From Phoronis australis (Eukaryota > Animalia > Phoronida), in contig NMRA01000761.1 in the NCBI GenBank assembly GCA_002633005.1, forward strand, positions 22,913-66,964: a stretch of 44,052 nt of DNA. Direction: 5' to 3'. The position numbers and the translations under genes are program-made. The notes under the pieces are model-generated. The model was not told the origin of the DNA and ran no database searches. It saw nothing but the letters and a program-made list of their open reading frames with translations. This document shows, one piece after another, positions 13,001-23,847 of this stretch. The stretch's first letter is position 1. Each line of letters begins with the position of its first letter.

Positions 13001-16000
13001 CAGCTTCGCTGACAGACGTATGGGGATAGCAAAGAATTTGAAATTCCATTTACCGTGTGATAAGCTTGATTTTGTCTTCATTAGTCCAAGAAGACGGACG
13101 CATCTTGTGTGACGCTAAGAAGCACAGAACATTCAGCCTACAACAGGAAGTATAAATATCACAGCAACTTTCCATATAGTATAGACATGACAAAATACCC
13201 CTTACCACTAGATGGCAATGGGATAGTTGGTGGACGGAAATGTGACAAAATGCTTCTCACTACTAGATGGCGATAGTTGGTGGATGGCATCCTACATTCC
13301 TTTATGGATTTGATGTGAGAAATAACTTCCCGGTATGTATAAATTCTTTGCAATCATGATGCTGTCAAATTGACACTGGGGACATCCGAAAAAAAATGTT
13401 CGACGTCTTAAATGAAAAAACTGTGATTCGTCGTAACAAGTGAAAGACACCTCTGTGCTCTCACAACACCCAAGTGACGTAATAGAATGTTGCCTACAGA
13501 TTGGGGGTAACTCAAACTTAGTGTATATCAACCCGGACACTGTCCACAAGACTGTTCACACTAAAACGCAAGTTATTCTTCACAGATATGAAAATCAAAA
13601 ATGCAAAATTTGGAAATGCTACTACTATTACTAAACTAAGTGTTGACAGTCATGTGCAAGCTCAACTTGCAGTCATAGGCCAATAAATATGGAAAGGGCC
13701 GCACATCATGGTTCCCATTCACGTTTTCATTTTTGAAAAGTTTTCACCATATGGCATTTGTTTCCCACAAGTTATTTGAACACAGACAATAAAATAGAAT
13801 GAAAAATATATAAAAATTTTGTCAATGGCTGCTGCGAAAAATACAAAAACGTGAACTCAGTGGGGGTTACTTATCAATCGATATTTTCAACAAGTTTTAG
13901 CCACATTTTTAAGTTTTCCCATTTTCCACGATGTGCATGTACCTACAAGAACGTGGACCACCACCTCTGTATATTCTTAATGTACGCCATCTGCAAAGTT
14001 GTGTGTTTAAAAATGTCATTACCAGCTAGCGACACCTGCTGGATCAACACATTAAACTAACAACACGTACCTTTGATTGCAAAAACCAAAAATAAAAGAT
14101 CAGAGTTACGAATCTCTTGTTTAGGATGACCTCGTATGCGTGGAAAGCAATTTTTTTTTAAGTTTCCAGGTTTTCTGAGATTTCCTTGAATATCAGGAGC
14201 CATTAACTGTGAATGCATGATGGTCTTCAAATGCCAATATTTGAGCCTAGTCATTTTTGAGGCACTTCACCAACCACATGCAGTGACACAATACTAAGTC
14301 TTGCTTCATTAAAAATTTTGGCTGCAATGTGTAAACATTAACAGAAGGAAGTCCATTTCACAACATGAATGACTTTCAAATATTTCATGTACTTTGAACT
14401 TTCAAATTAAAACGCCAAATCGCCGGTAGGTCCATCTTTGCAGCAACCAGTCCCAGAAAAGGGAGCAACTCACCACTCGGTCCTACACTGGGTGGCGTTG
14501 CGTGTGGGGATACTCTCGGCGATCTTCTCGTAAGGAAGCCCGTAGAACATCTCCTCCAGGTCCGTAGTGTTGAGCTCCTTTTGAACAGCCTGCAGCAACT
14601 GTTGTTGTTCTTGAGTTGTCCAACGTCCCGTAACTTCAAGAAAAAAGTTGTGTAGATAGTAAATAGAGGGTAGGGCTTAGACTGACCAATGACAAAAAAG
14701 ACGAAAATTTTCCAAGTGATGTATTGTTCCCCAAATAGACATGTGTGACTGAAGTATGTTTTGTGTTGTAAAGTGAAATAAATGCTTTAGCATGGATAAA
14801 GTAAAAAACTGGACATCAAATAAGAGGAAATCAAAACCAAGAGGAAAATTCCAAGCCTTGAGAGAGGCACACGCAGCGTTGCCTAAAACTGACTTTCAGC
14901 CGACTTACCCATGACTTCAAATTAGAAAAAAACTGTGTTTAAATCTGCCTTGCGGCTGAACTAAAATTGACAACACTCACAAAAAGCTAGCGCCATCTGA
15001 AGTTTGTAGCATGCAGCTTTCCGTGCTGCCATGGTGCACCAGGTTGAACTACTATACAGAATGACCAAGTTTATTTAATGAAGGTCCATTTCATGTTTCT
15101 CAGGCTGAAAATATTCCTGGCTGTTACTTTTGTTTTTCATCAGTAATTCACCCTCCGTACACATCGAGTGTCTGTTGTCTACCATTAGACCGACAGCAAA
15201 ATTCACTGCTTAGCCTCACCCACACAGTCAATGTAAGCCTTGGAACAAACCTGTAGATGCACAGCTTTGGATCAATCAGGCTAAAAAGTGAACAAGATAA
15301 AAACTGACACGAAATGAGTGTCATTAAAAACTCCACTAAGGTTGTGTAGGTTCATATTGACAAGTGAGTACATTTAGTCAAATATCTCCAAAACTATAGA
15401 TTATAATGCAGTAAGAGTATTCTGAAAGTAGAAATCCTGTAAAATTTGACTTGTGACTTGTTACCAATGTGACATTAATTGTATCACATCAGAGGCAGAT
15501 CTACAGGGGGTTCAGGGGGTTCAAACTCCTCCCTCAAGACAGGCTCAAAAATAAATATTGAAAACAAATTCGCCAGAAAAATGAAATTCGCTACTAAGAA
15601 CCACAAAAAATCTTACACGGGGGAGGAGTGAAACCCTCTCCCGACCTTCCGTCCCTTCGGCGCTACGCGCCTCGGATTCGCTCGAATCCTGAACCCCCCT
15701 TACTGAAAAGGTAGATCTGCCACTGCACGTGATCATGTCTTTTTCACAAAATTCAGCAAAACAGGAAGGGCCATGCACAGTAAAATAACAGTATCAATAA
15801 CATTGACCAAATTTTGTTTGCTATAGGTGCTCAAGATCTCAAAAATGTTAATACCATTTCGTTTCTAAGCTATACAACTTTTGAGGGTTTCAAAAAGTCA
15901 TAGAAGTCCTATATTTCATAGCCTCTCATGCAAAATACAAATTTTTAAAACAATTCCCGACAGCGTTTTAAAGAATGGAGCATAAATGCACGGTGTCTGA

Positions 16001-19000
16001 AAGTTTGATAAGAATCCAGTCGGCCATTTCTGCGGTGTGATGTTCCGAAGATTGACAAATTTGGAATTTTTCTATTGTCCTACGTGACCTTGACGGTCTA
16101 ACCGATGTTCAAAAAAATACCATTTTGCTCACCATTGCCCTTCCTTGTCAAGTAGTATTTGTAGAAGTCATTCACAGACTGGCCATATCTGCCCAGAGCT
16201 TCTCCTATCTTGGCCCACTTGTTTCCATGAATATCACGTAACTCCTGAACTCGCTTCATCTCGTCAGCGTCCAGCTTGCTACAGTTGTTTGAGTGGAATA
16301 CAGCGCGAGCACGCTTGTAACAACTGTACGTGGAACGGAGAATACCTCGCGCTGTAAAACAATCTGATATACTTAAATGGATTAAACCTTAAGAGGATGT
16401 TAAACCCTGTGATCTGAATCAATCATTGACCAGTGACCTGATAATAAGTACCAATGACAATGCTAAAAATAGGACTCGGCTAAACGCCCAGAGTCACAAC
16501 ACAGATATTTTGACTTTTGTTGAGTGGCTATTTCCCACAGTGTAACAAACAAGAGCAACGTCAAGCATTGAAATGCGTCCATGAATGCACTGAAAACGGT
16601 GTGCTTCTAGGGGTGTTTAATTGTGTCATAAAAATGGCCACTAGATGGTGCAAAATACATGCAATCCATCAAAAAATAGGAAAATGTCACCGTTTTTTAA
16701 CAGAAAGCTATTTACCACATTTTATGGAAATCCGTCAAGGAATTTTAGAGAAACAGAAGAAATCGGAAAAATGAAATTGCCACTAGGGGGCAGAGCATTC
16801 GTCAGATCTGTCTGAAAGTTGTCGTCTTCTATTGTCAACTTCATATAAATACACTTGCTAAATTTAATAATGGTCTTGCAGAGGGCTTAGGAGATACAGA
16901 TAAGGGCGCAAAAAATAACAAAACTGCCACAAGGATGCGCCACAGTAATTGAAGTCGGAAAATCATCGTCAGCAGTCCTCTTCACACAAAGAATAGATAA
17001 GCCAATTTTCACAATCACCCTAAGAGTCGTTTGGTTGACAGAGCGCGGATGTCAAAACAAACTAGAAAACAGTAAAATGACCACTAGATGGCGCAAAATA
17101 CATCGAATCCATCTGAAAACTGGAAAATGTCATTGCTTCTTTAAAAGAAAGCTATATGCTAAACTTCATGGAAATACGTCGAAGATTTCTAGAGAAACAT
17201 AGGAAAACAGAAAGAAATGAAATTGCCACTAGGGGGCACAGTATTCATCGGATCTGTCTGAAAGTCGTCGTCTTCCGTTAACTTCATATAAATGCACGAG
17301 CTAAATTTAATAAAGATCCTGCAGGCGGCTTAGGAGATACAGGTATGGGCGCAAAAAAATTGCCACTAGGAGGCACCACAATAGTCAAAGTCGTCAGATA
17401 ATCATCGTCAACTGTCTTTTTTATAGTAGGAACAAAATGCCAATTTTCACAATCATCCTTAGAGTGGTTTGGTTGACAGAGGGACAGACGCCAAAAAATA
17501 GACTCGAAACCAACAAAATGGTCACTAGCTGGAGCAAAATACCTTGAATCATTCCGAAAATGAATGGCTAGCATCATCTCAATAATAGATGCCTATCTGC
17601 CAAATTTTATGGAAATTCATAGACGACTTTTGAAAATACAGCAGTAAATGTAAAAAACTAAAATTGCCACTAGGGGACATACTGGTAGTCCGATCTGTCC
17701 GAAATTCTTCGTTAGCCGTAGTCAACTCCATTTAAAACATTGGCTAAATTTAATAAATATCCTGTAGAGTGTTTAGGAGAAACATCCATGGGTGCAAAAA
17801 CAAACAAAACTGGCACTAGGAGGCACCACAGTAGTCGAAGTTGTCAGAAAATCATTGTCAACCGTCTTCTTCATACTTAGGGCTGTTCCAGCAAAATCTG
17901 TGTGGGAGGGGGGGAAGGCAACTGAAATAAAAACTTATGGGTGGTTGCGTTTGATTTAAATTCAAAATGACTGGTGGTCGTACTTCAAAAAAATAAAAAT
18001 TTACAGGTCATTGTTGTTTCATTGGGCCATAAATGTTTGATGGTGGGTAATTTTAGTAAATTTTATAAACAATCCGCACAGAATCAAAAACTGAAACAAA
18101 AATGCAACTTGCAAAAAGCTCCGACTTTTTCACTCCCTCTGATCTCATCCGCATGCCCATTTAACCACAGGTGCTCGAATTTCTCGATGGCTAATAACCA
18201 TATATAAGAAACATGTTTTCTTAGTAATGAATGACGTTAGTGGAGATGGTGGTGGGTGCGAAAAAAGGTGCCTTCCCCCCTCCCATACAGATTTTACTGG
18301 AACAGCCCTTAGTAAGAAGTTCAACATACATGCTAATTTTCATAATCATTCTTAGAGTGGTTTGGTTGATAGAGGAGCGGATGCCAAAAAACAGACTCAA
18401 AAATAGTAAAACTGGCCCCTAGATGGCGCAAAATGCCTGAAATCCACCCGAAAACAAGAAGATAGCATCAGCTCATTAATAGATACCTATGAGCCAAATT
18501 TCATGAAAATCTGTAGAGGACCTTCGAAGATACAGAGGAAAACGTAAAAAACTAAAATTGCCACTAGGGGACAAAGCAGTATTCAGGTCGGTCAGAAACT
18601 CGTCGCCCTCTGTCGTCAAACCCACGGGAACACACCTGCCAAATTTCAATAAGAACCTGGAAGGGGTTTAGGAGATACAGCCGCGGATGCCGGACGCCCA
18701 GACAGAGATGACGGCATTATGCACCCACATATAATCTGTGGGCGCATAGAAAATATACAATACAAGCTAAATATAATCGGACTAAATGACCCGGAATTCC
18801 CCGCCGTAACGGCTCGACGGTAGGCGACTTCATAGTCAGAGTAGTCTTCCCTCATGACCGAGAATTATGGGAAATTAACATGAAAGTCATTAAGGTAGCA
18901 ATACAATTAACTTTTTACCCATAGTAGTAATTATAACATAAGGATTTGATGTAAACAGAATTAGCTATCATGACAGGGAAACTGCATCATATCTAACTTT

Positions 19001-22000
19001 ACTTTTGTACTTGAAGGAAATACCTAAACGTTGATAAAACCGATTTCTTCTGAGGAACTTCAGGAGTTCAGTTCTGTTTGTGAATAGGTTAGACGATAAC
19101 AAAGACTCGGGCTCCTTAATGTCATAGTCTTCAACAAACTTCTTGAAGTTGTACCGAAGTCTCTCGTTTTCTTCATAACTCCATGCCCCTGTTTTGAACT
19201 TGATCCCTGTAACGAATTGACAGCAGTCACGGAGCATTGTAAGTACCACAGGGTAAATACACACATTGCATAGAAACAGGTGCATTATATATAATGTAAG
19301 TCCCACGGAACATTTTTGGAAACTTGTGGTACAGAATGCTCGCTGGATTTTTTTGGCTTCTAAGTCTTTAGACCAATTTTTCGTAGCAGTCCAAATGAAG
19401 TTGGTGGTTCCTGTTGGAAAATACATTGCTGCAAACCTAACTTAGTATAAGATTCAATACCTTGTGATTTTGAGTGGATTTATGCTTATTATGTAATTAT
19501 CACAATGGACAGAACGATTTGATTGCAAAAATAACGATTTAGTGACTTGTCGTTCATGAAGAAAACGGCCATTCTCTTGCATCTGTAGTGATAGAAAGCC
19601 ATGACATCTGAATTGAAGAAATCCTAGATTGACAAAAAATTTCATTTTACAAACGGCACTAAATCTTTACCTTTAACCTGTTATGTGACAGAAATAATAC
19701 AAGATTACTCATATATTTATCACAAAATTATGATCTGTAACCATCCATTGACAGCTACCAAAGTTAGTTATAGTAGCAAACACAAAATCTACAGTAATTT
19801 TCCACTTATTTCGCACACTCCCCTCAATTCACACACTCAAAATTATTTGGAAAAATATTATTTTGTCCCTCACTCACTTCCTTGAGTAAGCGTTTTAGCC
19901 AAGTAATGCTGTGCAATAGAGCAATCGTTGAACAGCAGGTGTCGCTACCAGCTTTGCACGGAATCTCCATAACAAGGTTTGACATAGTTCTAAAGCCTCA
20001 CCGAGTTGAAGTAGCTCCTCCTTAAGTTCAGCATTTGCTTGTATTCCAGTAGCCACAGTGTCTGGATGAATAAGGGGCTCTATGTCTTCAATGTCAGACT
20101 TTTCAAAGTTGAAACGGCCTGGAAATGAACAGTGTCCATCACTAACTATAAAAGTGCTACCAAAGAGACCTGATAATCTTTATCCATTATACAACAGAGG
20201 CTGATTGTATGAAGCAGTGCCAGTAGGGACTCAACTATGTACACTACATTTTCAGTGCATTTAGAGACGTTGTTTTCTCACTGATGATGTATCTCTATTA
20301 TGAGCAAATTTTTTATAACATTCTCTAATGTCTAAAACCTGAGCACTTCTTTCAATGAAGATGAATAGGGACTGAGCCATTAACTAAGGGGCTTCGCTTG
20401 AAAAGGGTCAATTTACTTTCAATATTAAGAATTCAAAATGCAGCAAGCAGCCGGTATGAATTAAAGCTAAAACTTGACTTGACTAGTAATGAAGACAAAA
20501 TAGGAATACAAAGGGCAATCAGTATTTGCACAATGTTTTGGGAACAAAGTTGAGTTTCTACTGAGACTTTCTCAAGCAATTGGCCACAGGGGTCCTGGAG
20601 ATGCACCCCTTCATACCTCGGACATTGGTGTATATTTGTGATTGGAACACTGACAATGCTATGCATAAAACCATCATGAATCATTATAGTTTTTAAGGTA
20701 CTATAAACCTGGTGGATATAACATGAACTTTTTTATTTGTGGGGTGATAATCCCGTTTTAATTTTATAAACCTGGTGCCATAGAAACAAACTTTTGATTA
20801 AACCCACTTACCGTTATATAATTGGTTTCAACTCATTCTTTAAATTGCCATTTCACAGAAGGTATAAATTCTGTGAATTGTAAATTTCATGTGGAGCAAA
20901 ATTTGTGATCAAACTCAAGGGAAAATCTTAAATAAACCATAGAAAAAGGACAATGCTGTTATTTTAGTAAATTTCTAAAATCTTTCAACAATTTTTGTTT
21001 ACCGGGCAAATTTTCGTTTCCTTCCACACTTGCTTGCACAGCATGTTTCCTCTTCTTAACACCAGGTACAACTGACCCATCGTTTACGCCAACATTTTCT
21101 AGCGATTCCTGATGATCAGTCTCACGAGAACTCGCAGCTTTGCTTCTAACACATCCACCACTATGAGACATTCTACTTTCTCCCAGTTTCCTCCTCTTTG
21201 ACACATTCTTTCTAGGTTTCCTGGAGTTATCAGACATATCTCCAACACTATCATTGTTAGTCATAAGATTCCCATCACCAAATCCATTACCGTTCAATAG
21301 ACTCTCTTTATTTTGGAAATCTTTCTTCTTTCCTGTCGTTACGTCCAAGTCAGACTTAGCGCCTGCCTCTTCAGTTCCATAAGCCACTGAACGAGAACCT
21401 TTTCCCAAAGAGAAGCTATTAACCACCAAATCGTTTTCATTCCTATTTCTCTTCTTCTTTTTCTTCTTATTTTTCGTCATAATACCCATTGCTTCTTCAC
21501 CATCTGCTGAATGTGAATTTCCAGCATCAACATCAGTTGTGTCTTCTTTTGATTGTTCATCTTTTCCTCCAACACCAGAAAGCTCTTTTTCCAACTTTTT
21601 CTTTTTCTTCTTTGGTCTCATTACTTCCTCACCACCAGGTGAGTGTAAACGTGTTCTTCCCACGTCCGCTGAGTCATCAGGAGACTGACCATGACCATTT
21701 ACTTCACAACGCAAATGTTGCTCGCTCCGCTTTCTTTTCTTCTTCTTCTTATTCTTCTTCATCATTTCTACACCATCCACTGAATGTGAATTCTTATTAT
21801 CGTAGTCAGTTGGGTCAACAGTTGAATAACTACGATCCTTTTCACTCTCAACATGAAACCCTTTCTTCCGTGCTTTCTTTTTCTTCAAAACATTCTCACC
21901 ATCCATTGCTTGAAAACTTATACTACCATCTTCTGTGGAACCAGCATTTGAATATTCATCACCTTCCTTCCCATTGACAGAAAGTTCTTTTTTCCATTTT

Positions 22001-22284
22001 CTCAACTTTATCCTTTTCCTTTCTCCTTTATTAGATGAGCCACTTACAGCACAAGTATTAGATGAGCCACTTACAGCACAAGTCTCAAAGCCACCCTCAG
22101 TCGAGGGATGTTCTTTGTCGTTTACACCAATATGTCCACGTTTTTCTTTTTTGTGTTTCCTGGGTGCAGATTGTCCCAGTTCCTCTTGTCCAGTATAAAG
22201 AATTTGCGCTTTTCTTTTGGATTTCTTAGAAACAGTAGGATTACTATGACCACTGTCTGTATCTTCTTCCACACTTTGCCCCAT
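9882..22284 (-). CDS. TTF1: TTF1-like Myb-domain protein (RNA polymerase I transcription termination factor 1; Reb1/TTF1/DMTF1 family). Spliced CDS complement(join(9882..10012,11290..11372,12066..12134,13054..13137,14474..14633,16133..16351,19024..19206,20002..20118,21003..22284)), 2328 nt, 775 aa
   Basis: Nine exons join through GT-AG sites into one open frame. The C-terminal half (GIKFKTGAWSYEENERL...HGNKWAKIGEALGR...GRWTTQEQQQLLQAV...TRNATQCRTEW...RLYEMDVDAECDVDW...VPNYQLLTFDAVCEHLF) is colinear with the vertebrate TTF1 Myb region as I recall it. The Lys-cluster N-terminus favours TTF1 over DMTF1. Confidence 0.85.
11290..11372 (-). CDS. TTF1: TTF1-like coding exon 8 (83 nt; IPSPQTLRAKWCQLRACVPNYQLLTFD)
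   Basis: Acceptor gctttcacag, donor G|GTGAGT, phase 2-1. Confidence 0.88.
11793..11950 (+). repeat. ~150-bp interspersed repeat, also at ~18838-18980
   Basis: Shared gagtag.ctt...catgaccgagaat start and aacagaattagc..tcatga end; short inverted catgac/gtcatg termini. Confidence 0.6.
12066..12134 (-). CDS. TTF1: TTF1-like coding exon 7 (69 nt; LYEMDVDAECDVDWHQLYTEFD)
   Basis: Acceptor ctgtttcag, donor AA|GTGAGT, phase 2-2. Resembles the TTF1 RLYE...IDW segment. Confidence 0.9.
13054..13137 (-). CDS. TTF1: TTF1-like coding exon 6 (84 nt; WLNVLCFLASHKMRPSSWTNEDKIKLITR)
   Basis: Acceptor cctgttgtag whose first G completes the Trp codon; donor CG|GTAAAT; phase 2-2. Confidence 0.88.
14474..14633 (-). 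CDS. TTF1: TTF1-like coding exon 5 (160 nt; VTGRWTTQEQQQLLQAVQKEL...IPTRNATQCRTEW), Myb repeat
   Basis: Acceptor ttttttcttgaag, donor TG|GTGAGT, phase 1-2. GRWT..E...L..AV and TRN..QCR..W Myb motifs. Confidence 0.92.
14671..14860 (+). mobile_element. hAT-like MITE, 190 bp
   Basis: Termini tagggcttag and ccaagccttg; degenerate 8-bp TSD atagaggg/agagaggc; homologous to 5567-5849. Confidence 0.6.
15490..15725. mobile_element. MITE with CAG(T/A)GGCAGATCTAC termini and a probable 5-bp TSD
   Basis: cagaggcagatctac ... gtagatctgccactg; flanks cacat/cacgt. Confidence 0.75.
16133..16351 (-). CDS. TTF1: TTF1-like coding exon 4 (219 nt; ARGILRSTYSCYKRARAVF...IHGNKWAKIGEALGRYGQSVNDFY), Myb repeat
   Basis: Acceptor gttttacag, donor G|GTGAGC, phase 1-1. 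HGNKWAKIG..LGR is a typical Myb repeat motif. Not in the ORF track. Confidence 0.92.
16630..18690 (+). repeat. Satellite-like array: 11 monomers of ~137-170 bp in a 3-mer higher-order repeat of ~442 bp
   Basis: Anchor motif CCACTAG(A/G)(T/G)GGC, some degenerate, at 16638, 16780, 16926, 17081, 17226, 17363, 17522, 17667, 17813, 18416 and 18561. Confidence 0.85.
17880..18308. mobile_element. PIF/Harbinger (Tourist-like) MITE nested in the satellite array
   Basis: ~40-bp TIRs GGGCTGTTCCAG(C/T)AAAATCTGT(G/A)TGGGAGGGGGG..AAGGCA; TTA TSD at 17877-17879 and 18309-18311. Confidence 0.9.
18838..18980 (+). repeat. Second copy of the ~150-bp interspersed repeat at 11793-11950
   Basis: Visual alignment of both ends. 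Confidence 0.6.
19024..19206 (-). CDS. TTF1: TTF1-like coding exon 3 (183 nt; GIKFKTGAWSYEENERLRYNFKKF...RFYQRL)
   Basis: Acceptor ttcgttacag, donor AG|GTATTT, phase 1-1. Corresponds to the Myb-associated region of TTF1/Reb1. Confidence 0.9.
20002..20118 (-). CDS. TTF1: TTF1-like coding exon 2 (117 nt; GRFNFEKSDIEDIEPLIHPDTVATGIQANAELKEELLQL)
   Basis: Acceptor catttccag, donor G|GTGAGG, phase 1-1, open frame linking the flanking exons. Confidence 0.8.
21003..22284 (-). CDS. TTF1: TTF1-like coding exon 1 (1282 nt): Lys-rich, low-complexity N-terminus
   Basis: ATG in strong Kozak context (accaccATGG) with an in-frame TGA just upstream. Acceptor ttgatttttcag precedes 22333. Donor CCCG|GTAAAC at 21003/21002 (phase 1). 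Lies inside track ORF 20959..22299. Confidence 0.85.
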
Positions 22285-22770
22285 GGTGGTATTAAACAAT
22301 CAAATGCAGCACAATGGCAGGCCGTTGCTGAACCTGAAAAATCAATATATCAAAACTATTTTAGTTTCCACTCATCCGACCCTATTTCATGTAATAGTCA
22401 CTCACTGGGTAGCTGATTCAGGGATTGATGCTAGCATTACAATAACAGCAAAACCACTGCCGATCACAGAAAACGCACCAGAGTTCATTAAGACAGGCCA
22501 ACCTCAAATTGCGAATTCGAAAAAGACACATGTTGTGGACACGGGTATGTACTGCACTAGCCTTGGTACAAAGCTGTATACTAAATATTCAGCTTTGCGC
22601 CGATGTGGGTAAAACAGTGGTAAGATAAAATCTGACACAAAATTAGTGTCTTTAAAAACAGCACTACAGTCTTATTTAGCCGTGTTGGAAAATTGGCGTT
22701 CAACTGTTATTCTGCTGCTAAAGTTGTGGAGCGATCTTCTGCGTTGGCTTTCGGTGCCATGAAATCTTAC

Positions 22771-22870
22771 GTCACCTATTCGACAATTTCTTTTTTCGCC
22801 AATTCTTCAATCAACTGTAGTTGTTCTTTAACGAGCTTGCGTACACATCACAACAAATTATTGGAACTGG
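22771..22870 (-). other. Putative non-coding first exon of the TTF1-like gene (5' limit approximate)
   Basis: Minus-strand donor C|GTAAGA at 22771/22770, upstream of the acceptor at 22333. All three frames are closed. Confidence 0.45.
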
Positions 22871-22949
22871 TTTCACTTCATTATAAGTTTTTAGAATTTC
22901 GATACTGAAAAACTGAATTTCAGAACAGATTTTGCTGCTGTGAAGTTGT

Positions 22950-23062
22950 CGCAAAAATTTAGGAAAAGGCACGTGCGCGTGACACGAGTGTATTGTTTTG
23001 AAAGCGACAACATACTTTCCATTGTTACAAAAGGTCGAGAATGACGCAATCAAATGACGTTT
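22950..23062 (-). promoter_or_regulatory. Putative TTF1 proximal promoter: E-box CACGTG (22970-22975) and ATF/CRE-like TGACGCAA and TGACGT sites
   Basis: Motifs cluster in a CpG-richer patch just upstream of the putative first exon. Motif presence only. Confidence 0.35.
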
Positions 23063-23847
23063 GTTGCATTGTTTTTCACTTAAGGCAAAGTGAGTGTCAG
23101 TTTGACTCACAGATTTTGCATGCACCCCATCCGGTCATGACCTTTACATGTTGAAACAAGTTTCATGGCGAGGTGACGAGCAGAACTACCCTGGCTGTGT
23201 GTAATTTCGTAGTCTATGGAAGATTAGTACACAATGGTACCTAGAGCTGTATTTTGACAATAGTCTTCATATACCTAGCTGGCTGGCTAGTTCCGCACAA
23301 CCTAACCAAAGTATAGGCAATTACATTGCCCTGGATGCCGCAGGCATACAAGGACGATAGTATATCCCCACAAAAAGTTACGAATTTCAAAATACAGGAA
23401 ATATAATCGAATAAAAAAGGAAAAAAATAAAACCAAATGAAACATGCATATATGCACATGGAGTTATAATTAGCTCATACCCTCAGTCTGGAGATGATTC
23501 AGTCAAGATAATCTGAAGAAATCGATGGTTTGCTCCAGTTTCTCTTACCGGGTGCCATTTTGAGGAAGTTATATGAAATCACACATGTTGACGAATAAAA
23601 AGTCCAAGGGACACAAATCTTACAAATTTCACCTGATTTCTTCTCCTGCTATTTTACAAGTGTCATGCGTTAGCGTCACGCGCTTCGCTCAGTCTCGCGC
23701 TAGCCTTTGCCTAACTCACGTGACTCAGTTAACATACTTTATGGTTATCGCGCGCGGTGAAAAAGTTAACAGCAACCAAAAAAGTTGAGTTGGAATTCTT
23801 CGCCAAAGTCAACTTAATTCTCACAACTAAGCTTCATTGAAGATATG

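Larger units (their letters stand above)
16547..18753 (+). mobile_element. Helentron-associated (HINE/DINE-1/pearl-type) non-autonomous element containing a tandem array of ~145-bp monomers
   Basis: Starts aaacaagag. Short subterminal inverted repeat (catgaatgc / gcattatg). Tandem core, degenerate GACG/GACA tract near 18690-18710, and terminal hairpin atgcacccaca-7nt-tgtgggcgcat (18719-18747) before an A run. Confidence 0.65.

Noticed and set aside
15148-15251. Extra TTF1 exon (minus-strand ctacag acceptor near 15251)
   Set aside because: The phase required by the upstream exon hits TGA after 7 codons, and exons 4 and 5 already join into a continuous Myb region.
16630-18690. CRISPR-like array (short motif at regular spacing)
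   Set aside because: The spacers are homologous to each other and ~130 bp long, the context is a eukaryotic intron, and there are no cas genes. It is a satellite.
9882-22284. DMTF1 or c-Myb identity for the Myb gene
   Set aside because: The Myb region is C-terminal after a long Lys-rich tract, as in TTF1. DMTF1 has a long C-terminal extension and c-Myb has N-terminal repeats. A phylogeny would settle it.
21489-22612. Plus-strand ORFs of 87-162 aa overlapping TTF1 exon 1
   Set aside because: They are antisense shadows of a low-complexity coding exon, with no recognisable motifs.
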